Shown here piece after piece: positions 10,235 to 22,539 of a stretch of 64,000 nucleotides of DNA. Each line of letters starts with the position of its first letter. The first letter of the stretch is position 1. The position numbers were made by a program, and so were the translations under genes. Source of the DNA: Gallionella sp. (GTDB lineage: Bacteria > Pseudomonadota > Gammaproteobacteria > Burkholderiales > Gallionellaceae); NCBI GenBank assembly GCA_049684555.1, contig JBAVGB010000041.1:8565-72564 (forward strand). Reading direction: 5' to 3'. The notes beneath the pieces were generated by a model, which worked only from the letters and a program-made list of their open reading frames with translations, was not told the DNA's origin and searched no databases.

Positions 10235-10816
10235 ATGAAGAAACTTGCGATTGTTGCGATATTGTCTGCTTTCATTGCTACTCCTGCACTGGCCGACGAC
10301 ACCGGCACGTTTTACATCGGGGCTGATTTCGGCGTGGCAAAGTGCTGCAACCTGACAAATTACAGCGGCTGGCCGAATTGGTCCAATCCAGGCGTGTTCA
10401 GCATCGAGGGCGGCTACCACTTCAACCCGATTTTGGCGGTTGAGATGGGGTATACGACGTTCGGTGATTCGAATGGGACGGCCATATCGCCATTTGCGCC
10501 TTATCCTTTGACTTATGCAACTATGTCTCTCTCTTCATTCAATGTTGCGTTCGTCGGCAGCCTGCCGCTCACACAACAGTTCGATTTGATCGGCAAGCTC
10601 GGGCTGGCCAGCAACTCCGAGCAATATTCAGACGCAACCGGGGCATATGGCACGTATTCGCAAAGCGATTTGATGTACAGTTTGGGCGCGGAATTTTACG
10701 TCAGCCCGCAAGTCGGCCTGCGCGCGATGTACAACAACTATGGAAAATTCGACAACTTTGACCCGCCGGTGAAAGTAAGCTCATTTACGCTGGGCATGGT
10801 GTACAACTTTTATTGA
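10235..10816 (+). CDS. Small outer-membrane beta-barrel protein
   Basis: ATG at 10235 preceded by TAAGGAGA. Signal peptide MKKLAIVAILSAFIATPALA and C-terminal ...GMVYNFY. The track ORF start at 10172 is an upstream extension. Confidence 0.8.
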   Translation: MKKLAIVAILSAFIATPALADDTGTFYIGADFGVAKCCNLTNYSGWPNWSNPGVFSIEGGYHFNPILAVEMGYTTFGDSNGTAISPFAPYPLTYATMSLSSFNVAFVGSLPLTQQFDLIGKLGLASNSEQYSDATGAYGTYSQSDLMYSLGAEFYVSPQVGLRAMYNNYGKFDNFDPPVKVSSFTLGMVYNFY

Positions 10817-10929
10817 ACCTGTGCTTGCGGTGTGCCGACCAGGCATCCCGCAACCTAGTAAAATAAGTAGCATAATGCGCCGCGCGGATGTAAATCAAAA
10901 AGCATCGCAAGCTAAAGGGGAATTGAAGC

Positions 10930-11757
10930 ATGATGAAGGTCACGTTGACCGCCGTGGCGATCGCCGGTCTTTCCAGTGTTTCAATGGCCTTTGCGGACGT
11001 ATCCGATATCAAGGCATCCAACAATCAGTTTGGCATACATGTCATGTCGACGACTATCGATTACACCGAAACCGGCAATGGGATATTGGGTTCACCGACG
11101 GGCACGCTGGATACCGAGAATGGCCGTATACCCGGTTACGCCCTGTCGGTATCCACAATGAAGAACTTATGGTTGGGCAACGACTATTTTGCAGCCGAAT
11201 ACGATCATTCAAGGGGCAACACAAACTATATAGGCGGTTACATTGGCCCGCCTATGACGCCATATGGTTCGGTAGTCGGAGCTAGCGGCGCGATACTCAA
11301 GAATTACAGTGCACGGTATGGAACGGGCATCATGATCAATGACGCGTTCTTACTGACACCCTATGTGGAACTCGGCCGCCACGAATGGGAAAGGGGAATC
11401 AATTTGGCTGAGATATATACCCATGATTATTACGGAATCGGTGCGCTGGGTCAGTACTCTCCTGTCAGCAACCAGGTATTTTCAGTCTACGCCATGTTTG
11501 GTAACACGTTTGGAACGAACATCGTTGTGAATGGCACATTCTCGGGAGCATTGGGAAATTCAAGGCTGTACAGGATCGGTGCCGGCGAGGATTATGGTTT
11601 TACGCAAAACTGGCACGGGAGCGTCGACGTCGATTATACGATTTTCGATTACGGCATCAGTTCTGTGTATCCTATCGGTGGTGGTTACGTCGCGTGGGAA
11701 CCCGACAGCAAGACGAATTACACCACGGTCAGGATCGGTTTGGGATACGGGTTCTGA
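10930..11757 (+). CDS. Outer-membrane beta-barrel protein
   Basis: AGGGGA Shine-Dalgarno sequence, signal peptide ...SMAFA|DV, Gly/Tyr-rich strands and C-terminal ...GLGYGF. Confidence 0.75.
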   Translation: MMKVTLTAVAIAGLSSVSMAFADVSDIKASNNQFGIHVMSTTIDYTETGNGILGSPTGTLDTENGRIPGYALSVSTMKNLWLGNDYFAAEYDHSRGNTNYIGGYIGPPMTPYGSVVGASGAILKNYSARYGTGIMINDAFLLTPYVELGRHEWERGINLAEIYTHDYYGIGALGQYSPVSNQVFSVYAMFGNTFGTNIVVNGTFSGALGNSRLYRIGAGEDYGFTQNWHGSVDVDYTIFDYGISSVYPIGGGYVAWEPDSKTNYTTVRIGLGYGF

Positions 11758-11804
11758 TGCCGGTTAACTTTGAGAAGTACTGACGGGTTCTGCTGTCATC
11801 ACAA

Positions 11805-13268
11805 TTACAAGCCCAACTCGCTCCACATTGCATCCACCTTCGCCTTCACCGCCGCATCCATCACGATAGGCGTACCCCATTCGCGCCGCGTCTCGCCCGG
11901 CCATTTGTTGGTTGCATCCAGTCCCATCTTGCCGCCCAGCCCCGATACCGGGCTGGCAAAATCCAGATAGTCGATCGGCGTGTTGTCCGCCAGCAGCGTG
12001 TCGCGCACCGGGTCGACGCGCGTGGTGATCGCCCAGATCACTTCCTTCCATTCGCGTATGTCGATGTCGTCGTCGACCACGACGATGAACTTGGTGTACA
12101 TGAACTGGCGCAGGAAACTCCAGATGCCGAACATCACGCGCTTGGCATGGCCGGCATACTGCTTTTTGATGCTGACCACCGCCATGCGATATGAGCAGCC
12201 TTCCGGCGGCAGATAAAAATCCTGGATCTCTGGAAACTGCTTTTGCAGCAGCGGCACGAACACTTCGTTGAGTGCCACGCCGAGCATGGCGGGTTCATCC
12301 GGCGGCTTGCCGGTGTAGGTGGAGTGATAGATCGGTTCGCGGCGCATGGTGATGCGTTGGATCGTGAACACCGGGAACGTGTCCTGCTCGTTGTAGTAAC
12401 CGGTGTGGTCGCCGTATGGGCCTTCCAGCGCCATTTCATCGGGATGGATCACGCCCTCCAGCACGATCTCGGCACTGGCCGGCACCTGCAGGTCGCTGCC
12501 GATGCACTTCACCAGTTCGGTCTTGCTGCCGCGCAGCAGTCCGGCGAACTGGTATTCGGAAAGGCTGTCCGGCACCGGCGTGACTGCGCCGAGTATCGTG
12601 GCCGGATCGGCTCCGATCACCACCGCGACAGGAAACAGTTCGCCGGGATGGGTCTTGCGCCAGTCCTGAAAATCCAGCGCGCCGCCGCGCTGCGCCAGCC
12701 AGCGCACGATCACCTTGTTCGGCGCAATCACCTGCTGGCGGTAGATGCCGAGATTCTGGCGCGTTTTGGTCGGCCCGCGCGTGACCACCAGTCCCCAGGT
12801 GATCAGCGGCGCAACGTCGCCGGGCCAGCAGGTCTGGATCGGCAGCTTGCCCAGATCAACTTCGCTCCCTTCCCAGACGACATCCTGGCAGGGCGCGCGG
12901 GACAGGATCTTCGGCGACATGGTCAGCACCTGCTTCAGCACCGGCCACTTTTCCCAGGCGTCCTTCAGCCCTTTCGGCGGTTCGGGTTCCTTGAGATAGG
13001 CGAGCAATTTGCCCACCTCGCGCAGCGCTGCGATGTTTTCTTCGCCCATGCCCAGCGCGACGCGGCGCGGGGTGCCGAACAGGTTGGCGAGGACAGGCAC
13101 ATTATGCCCGGTAACATTCTCGAACAGGATCGCCGGACCTTGCGCGCGCAGTACACGGTCGCAGATCTCGGTCATTTCCAGATTTGGCGAAACCGCTGCA
13201 GTCACGCGCTTCAGTTCGCCGAGTTTTTCCAGTTGCGCGATGAAATCGCGCAGGTCATGGTATTTCAT
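11805..13268 (-). CDS. ubiD: 4-hydroxy-3-polyprenylbenzoate decarboxylase
   Basis: 487 aa beginning [22 protein letters not shown]. Full-length UbiD family match. Confidence 0.95.
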   Translation of the reverse strand: MKYHDLRDFIAQLEKLGELKRVTAAVSPNLEMTEICDRVLRAQGPAILFENVTGHNVPVLANLFGTPRRVALGMGEENIAALREVGKLLAYLKEPEPPKGLKDAWEKWPVLKQVLTMSPKILSRAPCQDVVWEGSEVDLGKLPIQTCWPGDVAPLITWGLVVTRGPTKTRQNLGIYRQQVIAPNKVIVRWLAQRGGALDFQDWRKTHPGELFPVAVVIGADPATILGAVTPVPDSLSEYQFAGLLRGSKTELVKCIGSDLQVPASAEIVLEGVIHPDEMALEGPYGDHTGYYNEQDTFPVFTIQRITMRREPIYHSTYTGKPPDEPAMLGVALNEVFVPLLQKQFPEIQDFYLPPEGCSYRMAVVSIKKQYAGHAKRVMFGIWSFLRQFMYTKFIVVVDDDIDIREWKEVIWAITTRVDPVRDTLLADNTPIDYLDFASPVSGLGGKMGLDATNKWPGETRREWGTPIVMDAAVKAKVDAMWSELGL

Positions 13269-14143
13269 CGGTAAAACCTCTCTCTTTCCTCGCCCGGAGG
13301 CCTGGTTTTAAATCGTTTGTGCAGCCAGAAATACTGCTCCGGCATCTCCAGTATGCGCTGTTCGATGAATTCGTTCATGCGCCGCGTGTCGGAGATGTCA
13401 TCGCCGGTCGGATAATTTTCCCAGGCCGGATAAAAGGTCAGCACATAGCCCGCTGCCCCGGGCAGCAGGCGGGTGATGCAGGGCAGAACTTTCGCGCCGG
13501 TCATTTGCGCGATGCGCGGCACCGAGGTCATCGTCGCTGCGGGCACGCCGAAGAAAGGGATGAACGCGCCATCCTTTATGCCTTGGTCCTGGTCCGGCAG
13601 ATAGAAGAATGGCATGCCTGCGCGCATTGCCTTCAGGATGGGGCGCAGTCCCTGCTGGCGCGAATAAAGGCGCTGCTTGCCGAAGCGGGTGCGTTTTTTC
13701 AGCAGCAACTCAGTGAGGTAGACGTTCTTCTGGTTCGCATACATGCTTACCGAATCACGCCGCTGTGCGATCCACTGGCCAGCGGCATCCATGCCGACGA
13801 AATGCGGCGTGAGCAGGATCGCGGGTTTGCCTCGCAATGCCTCGAAATGTTCAACCCCTTCGACACGGATCAGGCTGTTGATGTATTCGGCGCTGGACCA
13901 CCACAGGATGGTACGCTCGATCAGGCCGCGGGCGAACATCCTGAAATGCTCGCGCAACAGTTTGGTCCGCGCCTCGTCGCTCATGCCGGGAAAGCACAGT
14001 TTCAGATTGATGGCGCCCACCTTGCGGCGTTCTGCGGCGACCAGATAAAGCAGCGAACCCAGGCTGCTGCCTATCCATACCAGCACGCGAAACGGCAGGA
14101 AATGCAGCAGCCACATGATGAAGACGCCCAGCCTGGCTAGCAT
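13265..14143 (-). CDS. Lipid A biosynthesis late acyltransferase (LpxL/HtrB/MsbB family)
   Basis: 292 aa with an N-terminal membrane anchor, the HFVGMD (HX4D) acyltransferase motif and FYLPDQD. It overlaps ubiD by 4 nt. Confidence 0.85.
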   Translation of the reverse strand: MLARLGVFIMWLLHFLPFRVLVWIGSSLGSLLYLVAAERRKVGAINLKLCFPGMSDEARTKLLREHFRMFARGLIERTILWWSSAEYINSLIRVEGVEHFEALRGKPAILLTPHFVGMDAAGQWIAQRRDSVSMYANQKNVYLTELLLKKRTRFGKQRLYSRQQGLRPILKAMRAGMPFFYLPDQDQGIKDGAFIPFFGVPAATMTSVPRIAQMTGAKVLPCITRLLPGAAGYVLTFYPAWENYPTGDDISDTRRMNEFIEQRILEMPEQYFWLHKRFKTRPPGEERERFYR

Positions 14144-15018
14144 GCCTGTTCCCCGGTCGAAGGCGGCTGCACGCCGGGCGGAACCTTGTAGCGGTTATAA
14201 CTCCACAGGTACTGCGCGGGAGAAACCGCAATCACGCGCTCCAACGCGGTATTGATCTGCAGCGGTACGGATCTGGAAAAATCCAGTTCCAGCGGTTCGA
14301 TACTCAGCTTGTATCCCGCGCCTTTCGGCAGCCGTTCGGCATAGACCAGGATTACGGCCGCTCCACTGGACTGGGCCAGGCGGCCGCTCAAGGTCATGGT
14401 ATAGGCGGGGCGCGAAAAGAAATCCACCCATTCTCCTTCGCCCTTGGCGGGTACCTGGTCGGGCAACAGGCCGATCGCTTCGCCGCGTTTCAGCGCCTTG
14501 AACAGCAGGCGTACGCCGCTCAGGTCGGCGGTTGCCAGGCGCGCCTTGCCGCGCTCGCGACCGCGGCGCATCACGTCCTCGATCCAGGCCTGCTTGGGGG
14601 AGCTATACAGGTTGGTCAGCGCCAGGTGTTGCGCGATATACAGGCTGGTGATCTCGAAGCAGCCCCAATGCGGGGTCAGGAAAATGATCCCCTTGCCGCG
14701 TGCGTGTGCTGCCGCTACATGTTCCCAGCCCTGGCAGCTTCGCACCGTGGCGCAGACCTGTTGGAACGGCCTGAGCCACACCCAGGGCAGCTCGACCATA
14801 CCCTTGCCGGCCTCGGCGTTGGTCCGGTCGAGCAAGTCGGCAAACTCCGCCTCATTGCCGGCCAGGTTTGATTGGCGCAGGTTTTCCCGGGTGCGCGCGG
14901 CATATTGTTCCGACGCGGCGTAGGTGATGCGGCCGAGCAGCGCGCCCAAACCGTGCAGCCAGCGCAGCGGCAGGATGGATAGCAGCCGGAAGATCGATTT
15001 GAACAGTAACGAGGTCAT
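14137..15018 (-). CDS. Lipid A biosynthesis late acyltransferase (second paralogue)
   Basis: 293 aa with the HWGCFE (HX4-type) motif and LLPDQV. It is tandem to the previous paralogue and divergent from metK. Confidence 0.85.
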   Translation of the reverse strand: MTSLLFKSIFRLLSILPLRWLHGLGALLGRITYAASEQYAARTRENLRQSNLAGNEAEFADLLDRTNAEAGKGMVELPWVWLRPFQQVCATVRSCQGWEHVAAAHARGKGIIFLTPHWGCFEITSLYIAQHLALTNLYSSPKQAWIEDVMRRGRERGKARLATADLSGVRLLFKALKRGEAIGLLPDQVPAKGEGEWVDFFSRPAYTMTLSGRLAQSSGAAVILVYAERLPKGAGYKLSIEPLELDFSRSVPLQINTALERVIAVSPAQYLWSYNRYKVPPGVQPPSTGEQAC

Positions 15019-15084
15019 CGGCGGTCAGGCGAACTATTTGATACAATGCGCGCCTTCGAATTTTCTAATTTTGAGTTGGAAACC

Positions 15085-16248
15085 ATGAGTGATTATCTGT
15101 TTACGTCCGAATCCGTATCCGAGGGCCATCCGGACAAAGTCGCGGACCAGATTTCTGATGCCATTCTGGACGCCATTCTAGCGCAAGACCCGTATGCGCG
15201 GGTAGCAGCGGAGACACTGACCAATACCGGCCTGGTGGTTCTGGCGGGCGAGATCACCACCACCGCGAACGTGGACTACATCACGGTGGCGCGCAACACC
15301 ATCAAGCGCATCGGTTACGACAACACCGAATACGGCATCGACTACAAGGGCTGCGCGGTGCTGGTTGCCTACGACAAACAAAGCCCGGATATCGCGCAGG
15401 GCGTGGATCGCGCATCCGATGACTACCTCAACCAGGGCGCGGGCGACCAGGGATTGATGTTCGGCTATGCCTGCGACGAGACGCCGACACTGATGCCGCT
15501 GGCGATCTATCTCGCGCACCGCGTGGTGGAACGCCAGGCGGATTTGCGCCGCGACGGGCGGCTGCCCTGGCTGCGCCCGGATGCCAAATCGCAGGTGACG
15601 ATCCGCTACCTGGACGGCAAGCCGCATTCCATCGATACCGTGGTGCTCTCGACCCAGCATGCGCCGGAAATGACGCTGCCGCAGATCCGCGAAGCCGCGA
15701 TCGAGGAGATCATCAAGCCGGTGCTGCCGAAAGAACTGGTCAAGGGCAACATCAATTATCTGATCAACCCGACCGGACGCTTCGTGATCGGCGGGCCGCA
15801 GGGAGATTGCGGACTGACCGGGCGCAAGATCATCGTCGACACCTACGGCGGAGCAGCCCCGCACGGCGGCGGTGCGTTCTCCGGCAAGGATCCGTCCAAG
15901 GTGGACCGTTCGGCCGCGTATGCCGGGCGTTACGTCGCCAAGAATATCGTTGCTGCCGGTTTGGCGACCAAATGCCTGGTGCAAATATCCTATGCGATCG
16001 GCGTGGCCAAGCCGACCAGCGTGATGGTGGACACGTACGGGACCGGCAAGATATCGAATGAAAAACTGACCGAGCTGGTGCTGCGCCACTTCGACCTGCG
16101 TCCCAAGGGCATCGTGCAGATGCTCGATCTGTTGCGCCCGATCTATGAAAACACCGCCGCCTACGGGCACTTCGGCCGCGAGGAGCCTGACTTCACCTGG
16201 GAGGCCACGGACAAGGCGGCAGAGCTGCGCGCAGGCGCCGGCCTGTAG
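15085..16248 (+). CDS. metK: S-adenosylmethionine synthase
   Basis: Begins [26 protein letters not shown] and contains GAGDQG. The start at 15085 matches the canonical family N-terminus, and the track ORF start at 15046 is an extension. Confidence 0.97.
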   Translation: MSDYLFTSESVSEGHPDKVADQISDAILDAILAQDPYARVAAETLTNTGLVVLAGEITTTANVDYITVARNTIKRIGYDNTEYGIDYKGCAVLVAYDKQSPDIAQGVDRASDDYLNQGAGDQGLMFGYACDETPTLMPLAIYLAHRVVERQADLRRDGRLPWLRPDAKSQVTIRYLDGKPHSIDTVVLSTQHAPEMTLPQIREAAIEEIIKPVLPKELVKGNINYLINPTGRFVIGGPQGDCGLTGRKIIVDTYGGAAPHGGGAFSGKDPSKVDRSAAYAGRYVAKNIVAAGLATKCLVQISYAIGVAKPTSVMVDTYGTGKISNEKLTELVLRHFDLRPKGIVQMLDLLRPIYENTAAYGHFGREEPDFTWEATDKAAELRAGAGL

Positions 16249-16303
16249 GCGCCGCGGCATTCACCTGCCGACCCGCCTCTCCGTGACGCATTAGAATCCG
16301 TTC

Positions 16304-17533
16304 ATGCTAAAACGTATCCATGTTGAACATTTGCGCCTGGGCATGCATGTGCACGAGCTGTGCGGTTCATGGATGGATCACCCGTTCTGGCGCAAGGGGT
16401 TTCTGCTCGATGATCCGAAGGACCTGCAAACCATCCTGTCCACCGTCGTCAAGGAAGCCTGGATAGACACCTCCAAAGGGCTTGATGTTGAGGGCGGTGT
16501 GGATGAGGAATGTATAGATTCCCAAATCGATACCACGCTTTCGCAAGCCGATACGGCCGGCAAAAAGGCGCAGCGCGCCGACACCGCCGAAGAGGCGGCG
16601 CGGGCCGTGATGGTCTGTGCCAAATCCAGGCAGGCCGTCACCTCGATGTTCAATGAAGCCCGCATGGGCAAGGCGCTGGATGCGGAAGACGCGCTGCCCA
16701 TCGTGGAAGAAATTTCCGCTTCGGTGCTGCGCAATCCGGGTGCGCTGATCGGCCTGGCGCGGCTGAAGGACAAGGATGATTACACCTATATGCATTCTGT
16801 TGCGGTGTGCGCACTGATGGTGGCGCTGGAGCGCCAGCTCGGGCTGGACGACGAGCAGGTTCGCCAAGCCGGCATGGCCGGTTTGCTGCACGATATCGGC
16901 AAGATGATGATACCGCTGGAGATACTCAACAAGCCGGGCAAACTGACCGATGCCGAATTCGACCTGGTAAAAAGCCATCCGGTCGAAGGCCACAAGATGC
17001 TGCTGGAAAGCAAAGGCATCAGCGATATCGCACTGGACGTCTGCCTGCACCATCATGAAAAAGTCGATGGCAGGGGTTATCCGGACCGTCTCGGCAACGA
17101 GCAGATCAGCCTGTATGCCAAGATGGGAGCAGTGTGCGATGTGTATGATGCGATCACGTCCAACCGTCCGTACAAGAGCGGCTGGGAACCCGCCGAATCG
17201 ATACGCAAGATGGCGGAATGGAGCCTGGGAAATTACGATCCGGTGGTATTCCAGGCATTCGCGAAAAGCATTGGCATCTACCCGGTCGGTTCGCTGGTCA
17301 GGCTGGAGTCGGGCCGCCTGGGCGTGATCATCGAACAGACCGCCAAATCACTGCTCACCCCGGTGGTGAAGGTGTTCTTTTCGATCAAGTCCAATGGCAG
17401 GATCGCCCCGGAAATTCTGGATTTGTCCAAACCGGGATGCAGGGACAAGATCGTCTCGCACGAAGACCCGGTGAAGTGGGACATCCCCGATATCAATGCG
17501 CTGTGGAGCGGCCTGGACGCGATATCCTGGTAA
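16304..17533 (+). CDS. HD-GYP domain c-di-GMP phosphodiesterase family protein (N-terminal DUF3391-like)
   Basis: Contains the HDIGK and HHEKVDGRGYP motifs. Confidence 0.88.
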   Translation: MLKRIHVEHLRLGMHVHELCGSWMDHPFWRKGFLLDDPKDLQTILSTVVKEAWIDTSKGLDVEGGVDEECIDSQIDTTLSQADTAGKKAQRADTAEEAARAVMVCAKSRQAVTSMFNEARMGKALDAEDALPIVEEISASVLRNPGALIGLARLKDKDDYTYMHSVAVCALMVALERQLGLDDEQVRQAGMAGLLHDIGKMMIPLEILNKPGKLTDAEFDLVKSHPVEGHKMLLESKGISDIALDVCLHHHEKVDGRGYPDRLGNEQISLYAKMGAVCDVYDAITSNRPYKSGWEPAESIRKMAEWSLGNYDPVVFQAFAKSIGIYPVGSLVRLESGRLGVIIEQTAKSLLTPVVKVFFSIKSNGRIAPEILDLSKPGCRDKIVSHEDPVKWDIPDINALWSGLDAISW

Positions 17534-17585
17534 GTTTGACCGGCTTCCTTTAGCAATTGTCACCTTTTGCGTTATAATCCGCGCC

Positions 17586-17666
17586 CTCCGAGGGGTGCTG
17601 CAGCGGGGCTGGATACCAGTCCCCCGTCAGGCTCGGAGCCAGCAGTTCAACGAAGCAACCGCACCC
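17586..17666 (+). promoter_or_regulatory. SAH (S-adenosylhomocysteine) riboswitch in ahcY leader
   Basis: CUCCGAGGGGUGCUGC-[hairpin CGGGGCUGG/CCAGUCCCCCG]-UCAGGCUCGGAG...AAC...GCACCC. P1 pairs CUCCGAG with CUCGGAG, and GGGUGC pairs with the distal GCACCC. This is the classic position upstream of ahcY, with TATAAT at 17573-17578. Confidence 0.8.
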
Positions 17667-17697
17667 ATTCATTAACCACTTATGAATGGAGCATCTT

Positions 17698-19137
<1,440 letters not shown>

Positions 19138-19167
19138 CGGTTCGTTATCCGCTGAACTTGCAACAAA

Positions 19168-19530
19168 ATGCCCAGTCCCCGGAATGAATTTGTAGATTAT
19201 GTAGTGGGACTGATGGCGGACTGGGCACCGGTGTCGGCGCGCAGGATGTTCGGGGGTTATGGCCTTTGCCGCGAAGGGCTGATGTTCGCGCTGATCGTTG
19301 ATGACGAGTTGTTCATCAAGACGGATGCGGAAAATCTGGCGCGACTCGAGCGGGCGGGCAGCCGCCCGTTCGTTTACCGGAACACGAACAGAACCGTGCA
19401 ATTGTCTTATTGGTCAGCGCCGCCCGCCAGCCTGGATTCGCCGGCCGAGATGAGAGAGTGGTGCGAATCCGCTTACGGGGCGGCATTGCGCGCAAAAGCG
19501 GCCAAGTCCGCCAAAAAAGGGAGCAAATGA
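19168..19530 (+). CDS. TfoX/Sxy N-terminal domain family protein
   Basis: 120 aa with the RRMFGGYGL..EGLMFALIVDDELFIK pattern of the TfoX_N domain. No TfoX C-terminal domain is present. Confidence 0.7.
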   Translation: MPSPRNEFVDYVVGLMADWAPVSARRMFGGYGLCREGLMFALIVDDELFIKTDAENLARLERAGSRPFVYRNTNRTVQLSYWSAPPASLDSPAEMREWCESAYGAALRAKAAKSAKKGSK

Positions 19531-19892
19531 ATATGCAGTTACAGCTGTTATTGATCTGGGTGCTCAATGCGCTTGCGCTGTTCGCCGTGGCGAACTACGT
19601 GCCCGGGATCCATGTGGACGGTTTCGGCGCGGCATTGATCGCGGCGTTTTTCCTCGGGCTGGTCAACACCCTGTTGCGCCCGCTGCTGCTGCTGCTTACG
19701 CTGCCGGTAACGCTGCTTACGCTGGGGTTGTTCATCTTTGTCGTGAACGGCGCACTGTTCTGGCTGGTCGGCTCGGTGCTGCGCGGATTTGTCGTGGACA
19801 GTTTCTGGCACGGCGTGGTGGGCGCGGTTCTTTACAGCATTTTTTCCTGGGCACTGTCTTCGGCTGCCGCGCAATTGATCAGAAGACATTGA
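19527..19892 (+). CDS. DUF360 / phage-holin-4 superfamily membrane protein
   Basis: ATGA overlap with the previous stop and an AAGGGAG Shine-Dalgarno sequence. 121 aa with four predicted TM helices. Confidence 0.75.
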   Translation: MNMQLQLLLIWVLNALALFAVANYVPGIHVDGFGAALIAAFFLGLVNTLLRPLLLLLTLPVTLLTLGLFIFVVNGALFWLVGSVLRGFVVDSFWHGVVGAVLYSIFSWALSSAAAQLIRRH

Positions 19893-19899
19893 GACTGCC

Positions 19900-20730
19900 A
19901 TGACACATCGACTTTTCAGCTTTGAATTTTTCCCGCCGCAAACTCCGGAAGGGATGGAAAAACTCGCGGCCACGCGCAGGCAACTTGCACCCCTGAAGCC
20001 GGAATTCTTTTCCGTCACCTTCGGCGCGGGCGGTTCCACGCAGGACCGCACGGTGGAAACCATCAGGCAGATCAAGGCCGAGGGGCATAACGCTGCGCCG
20101 CACCTGTCCTGCGTCGGCTCCACCCGCGAGAACATCAGCGCGATGCTGGATGCCTACCGCGATATGGGCATCAGGCGCATCGTCGCGCTGCGCGGCGATC
20201 TGCCTTCCGGCATGCACAGCATCGGCGAATTTCACTATGCCAATGAACTGGTGTCGTTCATACGCGCGCATAGCGGGGATCATTTTCACATCGAGGTGGC
20301 GGCCTATCCGGAATTCCACCCCCAGGCCAGATCCGCGCAGCAGGACATGCTGAACTTCAAAAGAAAGGTCGCTGCCGGCGCGGATTCCGCGATCACCCAG
20401 TATTTCTATAACGCAGACGGCTATTTCCGTTTCGTCGACGAGTGCCGCAAGCTGGGTGTCGCCGTTCCTATCGTGCCGGGCATCATGCCCATCGTGAAGT
20501 TCGCGCAGCTGGCGCGCTTTTCCGATGCCTGCGGCGCGGAGATCCCGCGCTGGATGCGCAAGACGCTCGAAAGCATGGGTGACGACAGCGAGGCGGTGCA
20601 GGATTTCGGTCTCGATGTGGTCACGCAGCTGTGCGAGAAACTGCTTGCCGGCGGCGCGCCCGGCCTGCATTTCTACACGCTGAACCATGCCGGCCCTTCA
20701 CTGGAAATCTGGAAGCGGCTGGGGCTGTGA
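19900..20730 (+). CDS. metF: Methylenetetrahydrofolate reductase
   Basis: 276 aa beginning SFEFFPP.T.EG, with the HLSCVG and ALRGD motifs. Confidence 0.95.
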   Translation: MTHRLFSFEFFPPQTPEGMEKLAATRRQLAPLKPEFFSVTFGAGGSTQDRTVETIRQIKAEGHNAAPHLSCVGSTRENISAMLDAYRDMGIRRIVALRGDLPSGMHSIGEFHYANELVSFIRAHSGDHFHIEVAAYPEFHPQARSAQQDMLNFKRKVAAGADSAITQYFYNADGYFRFVDECRKLGVAVPIVPGIMPIVKFAQLARFSDACGAEIPRWMRKTLESMGDDSEAVQDFGLDVVTQLCEKLLAGGAPGLHFYTLNHAGPSLEIWKRLGL

Positions 20731-22067
20731 TGCGCGTACCCGAGTTACTGTTGCCGGCGGGCACGCTGGACAAAATGCGCACCGCCTACGCGTTCGGCGC
20801 GGACGCGGTGTATGCCGGGCAGCCGCGCTACAGCCTGCGCGCGCGCAACAACGAATTCCGGATGGAGGAGTTGCGCACCGGTATCGCGGAGGCGCATGCG
20901 CTCGGCAAGAAGTTGTTCGTCGCCAGCAACCTGATGCCCCACAACGCCAAGGTGAAAACCTATATGGCGGACATGGCGCCTGTGATCGAGATGAAACCGG
21001 ATGCGCTGATCATGGCCGACCCCGGTCTGATCGCGATGGTGCGCGAGCGCTGGCCGGAAGTCGCGATCCATCTTTCGGTGCAGGCCAACACGGTGAACTT
21101 TGCGGCGGTCAAATTCTGGCAATCGCTCAGCCTGACCCGCGTGATCCTGTCGCGCGAATTGTCGCTGGACGAGATCGAGGAGATCCGCCAGCAATGCCCC
21201 GACATGGAGCTGGAAGTGTTCGTGCACGGCGCGTTGTGCATCGCGTATTCGGGCCGCTGCCTGCTGTCCGGCTACTTCAATCATCGCGACGCGAACCAGG
21301 GCACCTGCACCAATTCGTGCCGCTGGGATTACAAGGTCGAGAACGCCGAAGAGAACGGCACCGGCGATATTCAACAAATAGATTTCGACTTTGACCGGGC
21401 ATTAAGCCAGAGCGCATTGTCCGATTGTGGAGGACAGGCCCGCCATCCGCTGGCCGACCGCGCCTATCTGATCTCGCGCCGTGATCATCCCGATGAGCTG
21501 ATGCCGGTGCTGGAAGACGAACACGGCACCTACATCATGAATTCGAAAGACCTGCGCGCGGTCGAGCATGTCGAACGGCTGGCCAGGATAGGCATCGACT
21601 CGCTCAAGGTCGAGGGCCGCACCAAGTCTGTCTATTATGTCGCGCGCACTGCGCAGGTTTACCGTCAGGCGATCGACGATGCGGTCGCGGGCCGTTCCTT
21701 CAATTATTCATTGCTCGGCGCGCTGGATGCGCTGGCGAACCGGGGCTACACCGACGGCTTCTACGAACGCCACCATACCCACGAACAGCAGAATTATATG
21801 CGCGGCCACTCCGAGAGCACGCGCCAGCAATACGTCGGTGACATCGTGGCCTGCGCGAACGGCATGGCCGAGATCGACGTGAAGAATAAGTTTTCGGTTG
21901 GCGACAGGCTGGAAATCATCCATCCTTCGGGCAACCGTATCGTCGAACTCGTCGAGATGCACGCTCTCGATGGCGCTGCGATGAACGTTGCTCCGGGCAG
22001 CGGGCACCATGTACGCATACCTTTGCCGGGCGAGTTTGCCAACGGGATGGTGGCGAGGTTTCTTTGA
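20730..22067 (+). CDS. Peptidase U32 family protein (YegQ/TrhP-like)
   Basis: Begins MRVPELLLPAGTLDKMRTAYAFGADAVYAG and has the E..VHGALC.AYSGRC motif. The start overlaps the metF stop (TGATG). Confidence 0.85.
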   Translation: MRVPELLLPAGTLDKMRTAYAFGADAVYAGQPRYSLRARNNEFRMEELRTGIAEAHALGKKLFVASNLMPHNAKVKTYMADMAPVIEMKPDALIMADPGLIAMVRERWPEVAIHLSVQANTVNFAAVKFWQSLSLTRVILSRELSLDEIEEIRQQCPDMELEVFVHGALCIAYSGRCLLSGYFNHRDANQGTCTNSCRWDYKVENAEENGTGDIQQIDFDFDRALSQSALSDCGGQARHPLADRAYLISRRDHPDELMPVLEDEHGTYIMNSKDLRAVEHVERLARIGIDSLKVEGRTKSVYYVARTAQVYRQAIDDAVAGRSFNYSLLGALDALANRGYTDGFYERHHTHEQQNYMRGHSESTRQQYVGDIVACANGMAEIDVKNKFSVGDRLEIIHPSGNRIVELVEMHALDGAAMNVAPGSGHHVRIPLPGEFANGMVARFL

Positions 22068-22068
22068 C

Positions 22069-22539
22069 ATGATCTTTTCCAACCTCGCCAACGCGGGTCG
22101 CTATATCAAGCTACATCCGCTGTTCTTTCGCGTATTCGAATACATCCGCCATACTGACCTGCGCGCACTTGCACCGGGACGCCATGACATCGTCGGCAAC
22201 GATCTGTTTGCCATCGTTGAGCATGTGCCGGGGAGAACCCGGGTCGAGGCAAAGCTGGAATGCCACCGCCGTTACGTCGATATTCAGTATGTGCTGGAGG
22301 GCGTGGATGAGATGGGCTGGAAGTCACTGCCTGATTGTCGCAAGCCGGCGGACGATTACAACGCCGGTAAGGATATCCGGTTCTTCGATGATGATCCGGC
22401 AGCGTGGATCGCCACGCCGCCGGATCATTTCTGCATTTTCTTCCCCGAGGATGCACATGCGCCGCTGGTCAGCAGCGGGCTCATACGCAAGGTGGTCTTC
22501 AAGATCGCGGTGGAAGCCGGTAATAGCGCTGCCGCCTAG
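22069..22539 (+). CDS. YhcH/YjgK/YiaL family protein (DUF386)
   Basis: 156 aa with the ECHRRYVDIQYVLEG and FFPEDAH motifs typical of the family. Confidence 0.8.
   Translation: MIFSNLANAGRYIKLHPLFFRVFEYIRHTDLRALAPGRHDIVGNDLFAIVEHVPGRTRVEAKLECHRRYVDIQYVLEGVDEMGWKSLPDCRKPADDYNAGKDIRFFDDDPAAWIATPPDHFCIFFPEDAHAPLVSSGLIRKVVFKIAVEAGNSAAA

Noticed and set aside
15019-15084. A possible SAM-type riboswitch upstream of metK.
   Set aside because: The leader is only ~65 nt and shows no conserved riboswitch-like stems, only a plausible TACAAT -10 box.
19527-19892. A phage-holin-family annotation as a hint of a prophage.
   Set aside because: It is a single DUF360 membrane gene embedded between ahcY and metF, with no other phage genes, integrase or att repeats nearby.
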